From Dudresnaya verticillata (lineage: Eukaryota), in the NCBI GenBank assembly GCA_977862235.1, contig OZ374562.1, positions 1,364,001 through 1,428,000 on the forward strand: a stretch of DNA of 64,000 bases, read 5' to 3'. Positions 1 to 13,094 of this stretch are shown in pieces. The translations under genes and the position numbers were made by a program. The notes beneath the pieces are model-generated. The model did not search any database. It had not been told where the DNA came from and worked only from the letters and a program-made list of their open reading frames with translations. Each line of letters starts with the position of its first letter. Position 1 is the stretch's first letter.

Positions 1-445
1 CCGAGGTTCATGAAGGCCTATGACAGCCTATAGCTGTCATGGACATTTCAGAGGTCGTTGAGTGGTACAAGAAGCATCCGATTTCGAATGTCACAGTGTA
101 CGGTCTACGTTGGTATCTGCGGAGAAGGTGACGAGAGAGGAGATCAGATGGAGCTCGTAGGGTCACGACGAGGGGCAAAAGCCCTTACGAATCTCCAGTT
201 GAGATTTTTTTACAATAAGACCAGCTGAAGAGTGCAACGGTGATAAGCAATTTTATGGAGAACACTTGTTGTTTGTAGCACTCTGAAGCGTCTATTTTCT
301 CCAATGACAGCATGCATCCCTAAGGATCACCCCATGGCAGTGGTGGTCACCAATAGCAAGCTTTACTCTTCATATCCACTATGTACCATTAGGCTACTCT
401 GTTTGGACATAGTAGCATATTTCGTTCCACCATTAGCGCTGATCC

Positions 446-1162
446 CTAAGACCAATCCAGATTCTTGAACTTCGTACGTGCATAGGCACTGCTGCTGCTC
501 GGGTTGTTGATATACACTCCTGCCTTAAAATAGCAGGAGTATGAATTCCAAAACGACATGCTTGCCTCGTTTAACACCTGTGTCCCGGCGATCCAAACAC
601 TCACCTTCTTGTTCTTCACCCTGATCTTGTAGGACTTCGTTCCGGTGCTCCTCTGTCCCAGGAATTTCTTATTCACGTCATTGCTACCCAGTCCGTCTCT
701 CAGATTTGAAATGATAGCATCGGTGTAGGTCTTACTGCCCTGTTTGTAAGACTTCCTCCAGCTGATTCGTAGAGCTGGGGCAGCACCACAGTGTACTTGC
801 AGGAATGTGATTTCATTCATCTGTGAGACAGGCACTGGGAGGGCAATGTCTGCGTGGAGAGTATTGGATGACGAGACGGACCATGCAGCATTATCACCAT
901 TGGTCTTCATTTCGCGGAGTTCAGAGCGCTTTGAAGATCCCTTCATTTTGAATTGCATGTAGGAGCCACCTTGAAGGTAGAAGAACCAGTCTGAGTAACC
1001 AAAAAGGTTAGATGCGGCGGTATTGGAGCCCGGGGCTTGGAGTTTGGCTCTTGCAAGCACTGGATGAAACTTTGAGAGAGTCGAAGGTGCGGTGTAGGCC
1101 ATGGATAAGGAGAAAAGAGCAAAGCTCCAGAATACTGTGAAGGGTGAGAGTTGACAAGACAT
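446..1162 (-). CDS. Secreted polysaccharide lyase family 7 (alginate lyase), copy 1 (Gly allele)
   Basis: PL7 signature motifs RSELRE, LQVH and YFKAGVY; hydrophobic N-terminal signal peptide (FTVFWSFALFSLSMA); intronless, 238 aa. Confidence 0.93.
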   Translation of the reverse strand: MSCQLSPFTVFWSFALFSLSMAYTAPSTLSKFHPVLARAKLQAPGSNTAASNLFGYSDWFFYLQGGSYMQFKMKGSSKRSELREMKTNGDNAAWSVSSSNTLHADIALPVPVSQMNEITFLQVHCGAAPALRISWRKSYKQGSKTYTDAIISNLRDGLGSNDVNKKFLGQRSTGTKSYKIRVKNKKVSVWIAGTQVLNEASMSFWNSYSCYFKAGVYINNPSSSSAYARTKFKNLDWS

Positions 1163-3117
1163 TTTGCAGAGAGTAAACTGTCTAAAGCGTTCGAGATGGG
1201 ATGTTGGTGGTGAGGTCTGTCGCAGTTGCTCGTGTGCGTCTTGGAGTCGTATAAATACCCTTTCTTATCCAGCATCTTTGCACGAACGGTACTGCTTTTG
1301 CCCTTGATCCCATGAAAAGTATGCAAGCCAGCCCGTGGATGGTTTCGAGATCATGCGATAGCTATCTCCTATTGATGCCTTGTCTTTTGACAGGCACTCG
1401 TGATTACATGCTTCGAGCAAATTGCATTGTTCAGCTACAGGACTCCGTTCGGACAGCAAGGTGTTATGGAGCTTTTGACAGTCAGACAGTCAGAGATGCG
1501 ATTGACGGTAGCAGTCACTCAGGAAAGCTTTCGGATGGAGCGATGGCCGCTGCTCATAAACACCATAGCTATGCTCGCAGGGCTTATATTTCACCTCTCT
1601 CATATAAAAGAACGAAACATCTGTTCGCTTCTTGAGAGCGACCACCATCAACCATGTGCAATCCGAACACCCATGTTTCGAGAGCGATTCTTCTCTATGG
1701 TACAAAAACTCATAGAAACTGTAGCACAACTACCATTGCAGAAGCCGTGATACGTTGCTGAGATGCGAGGTTAGGGAAGGAGTACGCGCTGTCAACTCTA
1801 AACCTCCTTGACAGCGTTCTTTGAATATTTCTGGACGACCAAGAAGCTCATGCTTGAAAGCATCTCGCGTGCTTCTTGATATTTTTCTTTCACATGGCAC
1901 GTGTTGTTCCTCTTGCAATCCAGACCTTCAACGGAATTTGTGGCGCCCAGAACGGGAAGATTCGAATCTGAAAATGTGTCATTCAAGTACCCGGTCAGGG
2001 TTGCGCGTACGATACCAAACGAGCCAATTACTGCATAATGCTGAGAACCCAACAGGATTGATGCGCGTTTGAACCCAGTTGGAGCTAACAGATTTCGTAA
2101 CTGATGCTGTAACTTAGATAGTGACATTGCAAAACGCCTCCCTAGGGAGGTGTCCTGTGAATTTGAAGGCGGATTGGGGGAGGCGCTTCTTGGAAATATC
2201 TCTCAGATATTCCAAATCGAGAGATATCTGGAGATTCTGGCCAACCACGCAACCGAAGCACTTGAGCTACGCCACACTACCACACGCCCTATTCGTGCAA
2301 GATACACAGAACTCCCACATCTGCCCCATACGCGGCCAGATAACCGCCAGAAATGTGCAGTGCATCACCCGGTGGGTTGGGGCTTGAAGCGTACCAAGAT
2401 TGTGTCTCACTGGCAGTCAGCGTTACGGTCCTCGCGTGGTCCTGTCGGGGAGGCCCCCGGCGGGTGATGGATGTCGTGGCATGCTGTGTGCGGGTTGATG
2501 GCGAGGTGTGGCTTGATGGAAAGGGCAGGGGACGGGAGCGAGACGGATGGGGTGGCGGCGGTGGGCCGGGGGTCACAGATGTGTAGTTGGCGCAAAGCGA
2601 GCATCACGTCCTGCTTCGGCACCGTGAAGTGCAGCGTAGCCAGACCGGATACCGACGCACGTAAGGTCACACGCACCTGCCCATGGCAGTTGAGGTCGAT
2701 GCGATGCGGCGCGAGCGTGGTGCTATCGCATGGGGTCGGGGTGGAGTCTATGTCGCACTCCATTGCGAAAGTGGGACGGCTGAGGTGCTGGTGCCCGGCT
2801 GGGGAGGATGGTACGCGGTACGGTACGTGTTGAGGTTGGGAAAGACGGTCTCTACTACCGCGATTTTGATTTCAAATCCATGGGCAATTCGTTAGGGTAA
2901 ACCCTGAAAGTCCAGGAGTGCAAGTAGTCTAACATAAGAAACGAAGTTCCTCGCTGCGCTTGAAGTGTCAGACAGCGCAGAGCGTTGAAGCGTCAGGCAG
3001 CGCGGAACTCCCCCCTGTATCTCCCCGGCACTCAGTGCGGCCTGCATCTCGGCAAAGCCACAGGGGATCATTCCTACCTGGCGCAGGCACCGGCCGCGAC
3101 GGGCGTGTCCACCGCTT

Positions 3118-3470
3118 CCCACCAGCACTACTCCTGTCGGACCACCAAGATCGGAAACTGGCAGTTCGGTGGCACCTCGGCACGTTCCCGATACCCCCCA
3201 GAAGCCCATCCAAGCGCGCTGCCCTCCGCCAACCCGCTGCTACTCTACACAAGCTCGCGCTACGCGTACCCACCCCTCAAGATCTCAAAGAAATAACGGA
3301 AGCCATCTACCTGATCCGAGCGGCCTGCCAAGAAGAATTCCCTCTTCCCCTCCCGCACGAGCACTCGACATCGCCTCAATATACCACAGCCCGAAAGTGT
3401 GTGCCTGCAAATGGGCCATTGCCGCCCGCGCAGGACGACTCAAAACAAAACACCAATAAATCAAACTTCA
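3118..3470 (+). mobile_element. 5'-truncated LINE (ORF2 C-terminus + 3' UTR), related to the LINE at 28374-33654
   Basis: PALLLSDHQDRKLAVRWHLGTFPIPP...IRAACQEEFP matches PALRLADYRDRLLAIRWHLGTFPIPP...IRTLCSAEFP of ORF 30873-33506; shared 3' UTR hairpin. Boundaries approximate. Confidence 0.88.
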
Positions 3471-4392
3471 CGTCTGTAGCTATTGACATAGCACGGCTCG
3501 CGCCGTCCGAACAATGGGGGTGGGAACAAAGCCGTCCCGTTGGACCGGACCGCCGCCTCGTGCCCTCGCCCCAATCAACTGCAACATCCGCTAGGGGTGT
3601 GGATAGAAAGACGTTTGCACCGTGCGAGAAGCGAGGGACCCGGACTGGGAGCGAACCGACTTTGGAAATCCATCCTTCGAAGCTTGGCGTAACAGTGGGA
3701 AGGCGGGGACAGCTCCACCGCTACCTTTGTGCTGTTGTTGCAACTGCCACAGCACATCACCAGAGAGAAGACGATAGTAGTGCTCTTCGTCTCAACCCCT
3801 ACGAACGCCATTACTAATAATTACTAATTACTAATTAGCAGAGATAATTGCCTCTCTCAATTGATCTGGTGAGTCATCTGCTCATTGGTTGATATGTTCA
3901 AGTGCGGCATTTTGGATTACGTCTCGACGAAAGTCTTAGATGGGTTTCCGAGGTTCATGAAGGCCTATGACAGCCTATAGCTGTCATGGACATTTCAGAG
4001 GTCGTTGAGTGGTACAAGAAGCATCCGATTTCGAATGTCACAGTGTACGGTCTACGTTGGTATCTGCGGAGAAGGTGACGAGAGAGGAGATCAGATGGAG
4101 CTCGTAGGGTCACGACGAGGGGCAAAAGCCCTTACGAATCTCCAGTTGAGATTTTTTTACAATAAGACCAGCTGAAGAGTGCAACGGTGATAAGCAATTT
4201 TATGGAGAACACTTGTTGTTTGTAGCACTCTGAAGCGTCTATTTTCTCCAATGACAGCATGCATCCCTAAGGATCACCCCATGGCAGTGGTGGTCACCAA
4301 TAGCAAGCTTTACTCTTCATATCCACTATGTACCATTAGGCTACTCTGTTTGGACATAGTAGCATATTTCGTTCCACCATTAGCGCTGATCC

Positions 4393-5109
4393 CTAAGACC
4401 AATCCAGATTCTTGAACTTCGTACGTGCATAGGCACTGCTGCTGCTCGGGTTGTTGATATACACTCCTGCCTTAAAATAGCAGGAGTATGAATTCCAAAA
4501 CGACATGCTTGCCTCGTTTAACACCTGTGTCCCGGCGATCCAAACACTCACCTTCTTGTTCTTCACCCTGATCTTGTAGGACTTCGTTCCGGTGCTCCTC
4601 TGTGCCAGGAATTTCTTATTCACGTCATTGCTACCCAGTCCGTCTCTCAGATTTGAAATGATAGCATCGGTGTAGGTCTTACTGCCCTGTTTGTAAGACT
4701 TCCTCCAGCTGATTCGTAGAGCTGGGGCAGCACCACAGTGTACTTGCAGGAATGTGATTTCATTCATCTGTGAGACAGGCACTGGGAGGGCAATGTCTGC
4801 GTGGAGAGTATTGGATGACGAGACGGACCATGCAGCATTATCACCATTGGTCTTCATTTCGCGGAGTTCAGAGCGCTTTGAAGATCCCTTCATTTTGAAT
4901 TGCATGTAGGAGCCACCTTGAAGGTAGAAGAACCAGTCTGAGTAACCAAAAAGGTTAGATGCGGCGGTATTGGAGCCCGGGGCTTGGAGTTTGGCTCTTG
5001 CAAGCACTGGATGAAACTTTGAGAGAGTCGAAGGTGCGGTGTAGGCCATGGATAAGGAGAAAAGAGCAAAGCTCCAGAATACTGTGAAGGGTGAGAGTTG
5101 ACAAGACAT
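4393..5109 (-). CDS. Secreted PL7 alginate lyase, copy 2 (Ala allele)
   Basis: Identical to copy 1 except KKFLA vs KKFLG. Confidence 0.93.
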   Translation of the reverse strand: MSCQLSPFTVFWSFALFSLSMAYTAPSTLSKFHPVLARAKLQAPGSNTAASNLFGYSDWFFYLQGGSYMQFKMKGSSKRSELREMKTNGDNAAWSVSSSNTLHADIALPVPVSQMNEITFLQVHCGAAPALRISWRKSYKQGSKTYTDAIISNLRDGLGSNDVNKKFLAQRSTGTKSYKIRVKNKKVSVWIAGTQVLNEASMSFWNSYSCYFKAGVYINNPSSSSAYARTKFKNLDWS

Positions 5110-7064
5110 TTTGCAGAGAGTAAACTGTCTAAAGCGTTCGAGATGGGATGTTGGTGGTGAGGTCTGTCGCAGTTGCTCGTGTGCGTCTTGGAGTCGTATA
5201 AATACCCTTTCTTATCCAGCATCTTTGCACGAACGGTACTGCTTTTGCCCTTGATCCCATGAAAAGTATGCAAGCCAGCCCGTGGATGGTTTCGAGATCA
5301 TGCGATAGCTATCTCCTATTGATGCCTTGTCTTTTGACAGGCACTCGTGATTACATGCTTCGAGCAAATTGCATTGTTCAGCTACAGGACTCCGTTCGGA
5401 CAGCAAGGTGTTATGGAGCTTTTGACAGTCAGACAGTCAGAGATGCGATTGACGGTAGCAGTCACTCAGGAAAGCTTTCGGATGGAGCGATGGCCGCTGC
5501 TCATAAACACCATAGCTATGCTCGCAGGGCTTATATTTCACCTCTCTCATATAAAAGAACGAAACATCTGTTCGCTTCTTGAGAGCGACCACCATCAACC
5601 ATGTGCAATCCGAACACCCATGTTTCGAGAGCGATTCTTCTCTATGGTACAAAAACTCATAGAAACTGTAGCACAACTACCATTGCAGAAGCCGTGATAC
5701 GTTGCTGAGATGCGAGGTTAGGGAAGGAGTACGCGCTGTCAACTCTAAACCTCCTTGACAGCGTTCTTTGAATATTTCTGGACGACCAAGAAGCTCATGC
5801 TTGAAAGCATCTCGCGTGCTTCTTGATATTTTTCTTTCACATGGCACGTGTTGTTCCTCTTGCAATCCAGACCTTCAACGGAATTTGTGGCGCCCAGAAC
5901 GGGAAGATTCGAATCTGAAAATGTGTCATTCAAGTACCCGGTCAGGGTTGCGCGTACGATACCAAACGAGCCAATTACTGCATAATGCTGAGAACCCAAC
6001 AGGATTGATGCGCGTTTGAACCCAGTTGGAGCTAACAGATTTCGTAACTGATGCTGTAACTTAGATAGTGACATTGCAAAACGCCTCCCTAGGGAGGTGT
6101 CCTGTGAATTTGAAGGCGGATTGGGGGAGGCGCTTCTTGGAAATATCTCTCAGATATTCCAAATCGAGAGATATCTGGAGATTCTGGCCAACCACGCAAC
6201 CGAAGCACTTGAGCTACGCCACACTACCACACGCCCTATTCGTGCAAGATACACAGAACTCCCACATCTGCCCCATACGCGGCCAGATAACCGCCAGAAA
6301 TGTGCAGTGCATCACCCGGTGGGTTGGGGCTTGAAGCGTACCAAGATTGTGTCTCACTGGCAGTCAGCGTTACGGTCCTCGCGTGGTCCTGTCGGGGAGG
6401 CCCCCGGCGGGTGATGGATGTCGTGGCATGCTGTGTGCGGGTTGATGGCGAGGTGTGGCTTGATGGAAAGGGCAGGGGACGGGAGCGAGACGGATGGGGT
6501 GGCGGCGGTGGGCCGGGGGTCACAGATGTGTAGTTGGCGCAAAGCGAGCATCACGTCCTGCTTCGGCACCGTGAAGTGCAGCGTAGCCAGACCGGATACC
6601 GACGCACGTAAGGTCACACGCACCTGCCCATGGCAGTTGAGGTCGATGCGATGCGGCGCGAGCGTGGTGCTATCGCATGGGGTCGGGGTGGAGTCTATGT
6701 CGCACTCCATTGCGAAAGTGGGACGGCTGAGGTGCTGGTGCCCGGCTGGGGAGGATGGTACGCGGTACGGTACGTGTTGAGGTTGGGAAAGACGGTCTCT
6801 ACTACCGCGATTTTGATTTCAAATCCATGGGCAATTCGTTAGGGTAAACCCTGAAAGTCCAGGAGTGCAAGTAGTCTAACATAAGAAACGAAGTTCCTCG
6901 CTGCGCTTGAAGTGTCAGACAGCGCAGAGCGTTGAAGCGTCAGGCAGCGCGGAACTCCCCCCTGTATCTCCCCGGCACTCAGTGCGGCCTGCATCTCGGC
7001 AAAGCCACAGGGGATCATTCCTACCTGGCGCAGGCACCGGCCGCGACGGGCGTGTCCACCGCTT

Positions 7065-7417
7065 CCCACCAGCACTACTCCTGTCGGACCACCAAGATCG
7101 GAAACTGGCAGTTCGGTGGCACCTCGGCACGTTCCCGATACCCCCCAGAAGCCCATCCAAGCGCGCTGCCCTCCGCCAACCCGCTGCTACTCTACACAAG
7201 CTCGCGCTACGCGTACCCACCCCTCAAGATCTCAAAGAAATAACGGAAGCCATCTACCTGATCCGAGCGGCCTGCCAAGAAGAATTCCCTCTTCCCCTCC
7301 CGCACGAGCACTCGACATCGCCTCAATATACCACAGCCCGAAAGTGTGTGCCTGCAAATGGGCCATTGCCGCCCGCGCAGGACGACTCAAAACAAAACAC
7401 CAATAAATCAAACTTCA
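7065..7417 (+). mobile_element. 5'-truncated LINE fragment (repeat unit 2)
   Basis: Identical copy within the tandem unit. Confidence 0.88.
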
Positions 7418-8339
7418 CGTCTGTAGCTATTGACATAGCACGGCTCGCGCCGTCCGAACAATGGGGGTGGGAACAAAGCCGTCCCGTTGGACCGGACCGC
7501 CGCCTCGTGCCCTCGCCCCAATCAACTGCAACATCCGCTAGGGGTGTGGATAGAAAGACGTTTGCACCGTGCGAGAAGCGAGGGACCCGGACTGGGAGCG
7601 AACCGACTTTGGAAATCCATCCTTCGAAGCTTGGCGTAACAGTGGGAAGGCGGGGACAGCTCCACCGCTACCTTTGTGCTGTTGTTGCAACTGCCACAGC
7701 ACATCACCAGAGAGAAGACGATAGTAGTGCTCTTCGTCTCAACCCCTACGAACGCCATTACTAATAATTACTAATTACTAATTAGCAGAGATAATTGCCT
7801 CTCTCAATTGATCTGGTGAGTCATCTGCTCATTGGTTGATATGTTCAAGTGCGGCATTTTGGATTACGTCTCGACGAAAGTCTTAGATGGGTTTCCGAGG
7901 TTCATGAAGGCCTATGACAGCCTATAGCTGTCATGGACATTTCAGAGGTCGTTGAGTGGTACAAGAAGCATCCGATTTCGAATGTCACAGTGTACGGTCT
8001 ACGTTGGTATCTGCGGAGAAGGTGACGAGAGAGGAGATCAGATGGAGCTCGTAGGGTCACGACGAGGGGCAAAAGCCCTTACGAATCTCCAGTTGAGATT
8101 TTTTTACAATAAGACCAGCTGAAGAGTGCAACGGTGATAAGCAATTTTATGGAGAACACTTGTTGTTTGTAGCACTCTGAAGCGTCTATTTTCTCCAATG
8201 ACAGCATGCATCCCTAAGGATCACCCCATGGCAGTGGTGGTCACCAATAGCAAGCTTTACTCTTCATATCCACTATGTACCATTAGGCTACTCTGTTTGG
8301 ACATAGTAGCATATTTCGTTCCACCATTAGCGCTGATCC

Positions 8340-9056
8340 CTAAGACCAATCCAGATTCTTGAACTTCGTACGTGCATAGGCACTGCTGCTGCTCGGGTTG
8401 TTGATATACACTCCTGCCTTAAAATAGCAGGAGTATGAATTCCAAAACGACATGCTTGCCTCGTTTAACACCTGTGTCCCGGCGATCCAAACACTCACCT
8501 TCTTGTTCTTCACCCTGATCTTGTAGGACTTCGTTCCGGTGCTCCTCTGTGCCAGGAATTTCTTATTCACGTCATTGCTACCCAGTCCGTCTCTCAGATT
8601 TGAAATGATAGCATCGGTGTAGGTCTTACTGCCCTGTTTGTAAGACTTCCTCCAGCTGATTCGTAGAGCTGGGGCAGCACCACAGTGTACTTGCAGGAAT
8701 GTGATTTCATTCATCTGTGAGACAGGCACTGGGAGGGCAATGTCTGCGTGGAGAGTATTGGATGACGAGACGGACCATGCAGCATTATCACCATTGGTCT
8801 TCATTTCGCGGAGTTCAGAGCGCTTTGAAGATCCCTTCATTTTGAATTGCATGTAGGAGCCACCTTGAAGGTAGAAGAACCAGTCTGAGTAACCAAAAAG
8901 GTTAGATGCGGCGGTATTGGAGCCCGGGGCTTGGAGTTTGGCTCTTGCAAGCACTGGATGAAACTTTGAGAGAGTCGAAGGTGCGGTGTAGGCCATGGAT
9001 AAGGAGAAAAGAGCAAAGCTCCAGAATACTGTGAAGGGTGAGAGTTGACAAGACAT
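8340..9056 (-). CDS. Secreted PL7 alginate lyase, copy 3 (Ala allele)
   Basis: Identical to copy 2. Confidence 0.93.
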   Translation of the reverse strand: MSCQLSPFTVFWSFALFSLSMAYTAPSTLSKFHPVLARAKLQAPGSNTAASNLFGYSDWFFYLQGGSYMQFKMKGSSKRSELREMKTNGDNAAWSVSSSNTLHADIALPVPVSQMNEITFLQVHCGAAPALRISWRKSYKQGSKTYTDAIISNLRDGLGSNDVNKKFLAQRSTGTKSYKIRVKNKKVSVWIAGTQVLNEASMSFWNSYSCYFKAGVYINNPSSSSAYARTKFKNLDWS

Positions 9057-11011
9057 TTTGCAGAGAGTAAACTGTCTAAAGCGTTCGAGATGGGATGTTG
9101 GTGGTGAGGTCTGTCGCAGTTGCTCGTGTGCGTCTTGGAGTCGTATAAATACCCTTTCTTATCCAGCATCTTTGCACGAACGGTACTGCTTTTGCCCTTG
9201 ATCCCATGAAAAGTATGCAAGCCAGCCCGTGGATGGTTTCGAGATCATGCGATAGCTATCTCCTATTGATGCCTTGTCTTTTGACAGGCACTCGTGATTA
9301 CATGCTTCGAGCAAATTGCATTGTTCAGCTACAGGACTCCGTTCGGACAGCAAGGTGTTATGGAGCTTTTGACAGTCAGACAGTCAGAGATGCGATTGAC
9401 GGTAGCAGTCACTCAGGAAAGCTTTCGGATGGAGCGATGGCCGCTGCTCATAAACACCATAGCTATGCTCGCAGGGCTTATATTTCACCTCTCTCATATA
9501 AAAGAACGAAACATCTGTTCGCTTCTTGAGAGCGACCACCATCAACCATGTGCAATCCGAACACCCATGTTTCGAGAGCGATTCTTCTCTATGGTACAAA
9601 AACTCATAGAAACTGTAGCACAACTACCATTGCAGAAGCCGTGATACGTTGCTGAGATGCGAGGTTAGGGAAGGAGTACGCGCTGTCAACTCTAAACCTC
9701 CTTGACAGCGTTCTTTGAATATTTCTGGACGACCAAGAAGCTCATGCTTGAAAGCATCTCGCGTGCTTCTTGATATTTTTCTTTCACATGGCACGTGTTG
9801 TTCCTCTTGCAATCCAGACCTTCAACGGAATTTGTGGCGCCCAGAACGGGAAGATTCGAATCTGAAAATGTGTCATTCAAGTACCCGGTCAGGGTTGCGC
9901 GTACGATACCAAACGAGCCAATTACTGCATAATGCTGAGAACCCAACAGGATTGATGCGCGTTTGAACCCAGTTGGAGCTAACAGATTTCGTAACTGATG
10001 CTGTAACTTAGATAGTGACATTGCAAAACGCCTCCCTAGGGAGGTGTCCTGTGAATTTGAAGGCGGATTGGGGGAGGCGCTTCTTGGAAATATCTCTCAG
10101 ATATTCCAAATCGAGAGATATCTGGAGATTCTGGCCAACCACGCAACCGAAGCACTTGAGCTACGCCACACTACCACACGCCCTATTCGTGCAAGATACA
10201 CAGAACTCCCACATCTGCCCCATACGCGGCCAGATAACCGCCAGAAATGTGCAGTGCATCACCCGGTGGGTTGGGGCTTGAAGCGTACCAAGATTGTGTC
10301 TCACTGGCAGTCAGCGTTACGGTCCTCGCGTGGTCCTGTCGGGGAGGCCCCCGGCGGGTGATGGATGTCGTGGCATGCTGTGTGCGGGTTGATGGCGAGG
10401 TGTGGCTTGATGGAAAGGGCAGGGGACGGGAGCGAGACGGATGGGGTGGCGGCGGTGGGCCGGGGGTCACAGATGTGTAGTTGGCGCAAAGCGAGCATCA
10501 CGTCCTGCTTCGGCACCGTGAAGTGCAGCGTAGCCAGACCGGATACCGACGCACGTAAGGTCACACGCACCTGCCCATGGCAGTTGAGGTCGATGCGATG
10601 CGGCGCGAGCGTGGTGCTATCGCATGGGGTCGGGGTGGAGTCTATGTCGCACTCCATTGCGAAAGTGGGACGGCTGAGGTGCTGGTGCCCGGCTGGGGAG
10701 GATGGTACGCGGTACGGTACGTGTTGAGGTTGGGAAAGACGGTCTCTACTACCGCGATTTTGATTTCAAATCCATGGGCAATTCGTTAGGGTAAACCCTG
10801 AAAGTCCAGGAGTGCAAGTAGTCTAACATAAGAAACGAAGTTCCTCGCTGCGCTTGAAGTGTCAGACAGCGCAGAGCGTTGAAGCGTCAGGCAGCGCGGA
10901 ACTCCCCCCTGTATCTCCCCGGCACTCAGTGCGGCCTGCATCTCGGCAAAGCCACAGGGGATCATTCCTACCTGGCGCAGGCACCGGCCGCGACGGGCGT
11001 GTCCACCGCTT

Positions 11012-11364
11012 CCCACCAGCACTACTCCTGTCGGACCACCAAGATCGGAAACTGGCAGTTCGGTGGCACCTCGGCACGTTCCCGATACCCCCCAGAAGCC
11101 CATCCAAGCGCGCTGCCCTCCGCCAACCCGCTGCTACTCTACACAAGCTCGCGCTACGCGTACCCACCCCTCAAGATCTCAAAGAAATAACGGAAGCCAT
11201 CTACCTGATCCGAGCGGCCTGCCAAGAAGAATTCCCTCTTCCCCTCCCGCACGAGCACTCGACATCGCCTCAATATACCACAGCCCGAAAGTGTGTGCCT
11301 GCAAATGGGCCATTGCCGCCCGCGCAGGACGACTCAAAACAAAACACCAATAAATCAAACTTCA
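11012..11364 (+). mobile_element. 5'-truncated LINE fragment (repeat unit 3)
   Basis: Identical copy within the tandem unit. Confidence 0.88.
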
Positions 11365-13094
11365 CGTCTGTAGCTATTGACATAGCACGGCTCGCGCCGT
11401 CCGAACAATGGGGGTGGGAACAAAGCCGTCCCGTTGGACCGGACCGCCGCCTCGTGCCCTCGCCCCAATCAACTGCAACATCCGCTAGGGGTGTGGATAG
11501 AAAGACGTTTGCACCGTGCGAGAAGCGAGGGACCCGGACTGGGAGCGAACCGACTTTGGAAATCCATCCTTCGAAGCTTGGCGTAACAGTGGGAAGGCGG
11601 GGACAGCTCCACCGCTACCTTTGTGCTGTTGTTGCAACTGCCGCAGCACATCACCAGAGAGAGGACGATAGTCGTTCGCTTGGTCTCAACCCCTACGAGC
11701 ACAAGCGTTCGATGTCTCTGTCGTGAGTCCCCATTCATTGCTGGGCAGAACCGGTCGCGTCGTTGGTCAGGCCATCCTTGCCTGCGAGAGGGCGAAACGT
11801 AACTATGTAGCCAGCTGTGCGCTTGGCTATTTCACCGGAACGGCGTTGCACCTTTTTGAGGACTCCGATACGGCGTCCGCCCCGTGGCAACGTGGCCATG
11901 TGTCATGGACTCGCCGCCGTCGCTCTCCCTCCACGGTTCTGTAGTACTTATACCCTCTCGGATATCACTCTCACTAAACTCCCGGCATCGCAGCCGAAGC
12001 TTCTGCCTTCACCCTGTAGGTTACCGCAAGTCATCTGGCTCGGAGTTCCCCTCCAGCCATCACAAACTATTACCGCGGTGTTTGTGAGCAATATGACATC
12101 GAGCTGCACCCGATGGTCATTGATATATATGGACGCACCGGTGCTGGCTTCGACATCGGCGCTTAAGTCTTCGCCAACTTTCTTGCCGAAAAGAAACCCA
12201 CTTGCCCGCTTGCTGAGAAACATGCTCTCTTGAATCGTCTTGTCTCGCTTGTTACGCAGTTTGTCGCCGTCAGCGTCAATCGTCGCCGCTTGACTCCTGC
12301 AGATTTGCCTCCTATGTAGTGCTTAAGAGTATCCAGTAGGGATACTCTAGCTTTATGCTTTCGTAAGTGACGTTTACCCCTACGAACGGAATTGCCAATA
12401 ATTACTAATTACTAATTAGCACAGATAATTGCCTCCTTCAATTGATCTGGTGAGTCGCTGCACCGACGAGCGCGAACCGCCTCTCACTCACGCATTGCGT
12501 CGCACCACCACTCCGTCCTTTGTTGAGTAAACTTTATCACCACCTCTCCGTCCGCAGCAGCGGAACCTCATTCTAATGTGTGGTTGTGGCCGACGCGCTG
12601 AGCGGTAGTTTCCACATCGTGCGGTCCCGGCTCACCAGCGCCTGCGGCGGCATTGCGCACGCCGCTTCGATATGAGCAAGCCATCGCTTCCGCGCGCTGC
12701 GACCAGGTAGCCGCGGCTGCAACCAAGCGCGTTGAGCGTGCCGTCGTGTGGGCTCCCCATGCGCCCCGGGCGCGTCATCTGCGTGCGCATGTGCAACCGA
12801 CACGCACGGCGCTCGCTTTAACACGCTGAGATTCTTCTGCCAGGCGCCCGGGCACAGACTACGACTGATGTGGATAGCGTCTGCCGATATGTCCCCGCCC
12901 TGCGCAGCAGTTACGGCACCAGATCTGGTGCGATGATATTTTGTCTCACCGTCCAAGGAGGTGCGAATAATGAAGCACAAGTGGGTTCAGGAATTGTGAC
13001 TACTGTAGGTCAAGCTAGAAAAGCCAGTGGACCCCGCCACACTCTTTGGACTCAGAAACTAACACTCAATCACTCCCCCACTCCTGTGGCTGAT

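Larger units (their letters stand above)
1..11642. repeat. Tandem array of a 3947-bp unit (units start at 1, 3948, 7895; may extend left of the window)
   Basis: ccgaggttca recurs at 1, 3948 and 7895. The ORF track is identical at a 3947 offset. The only difference seen is C657 vs G4604/G8551. The third unit diverges from position 11643. Confidence 0.98.

Noticed and set aside
1265..2900. Many short overlapping ORFs in the repeat unit
   Set aside because: No recognisable domains; they are repeated only because the unit is duplicated.
2960..3817. 285-aa ORF in each tandem unit
   Set aside because: Chimeric: only the middle is LINE ORF2 C-terminus and the rest is read-through of non-coding repeats. 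It also starts at TTG.
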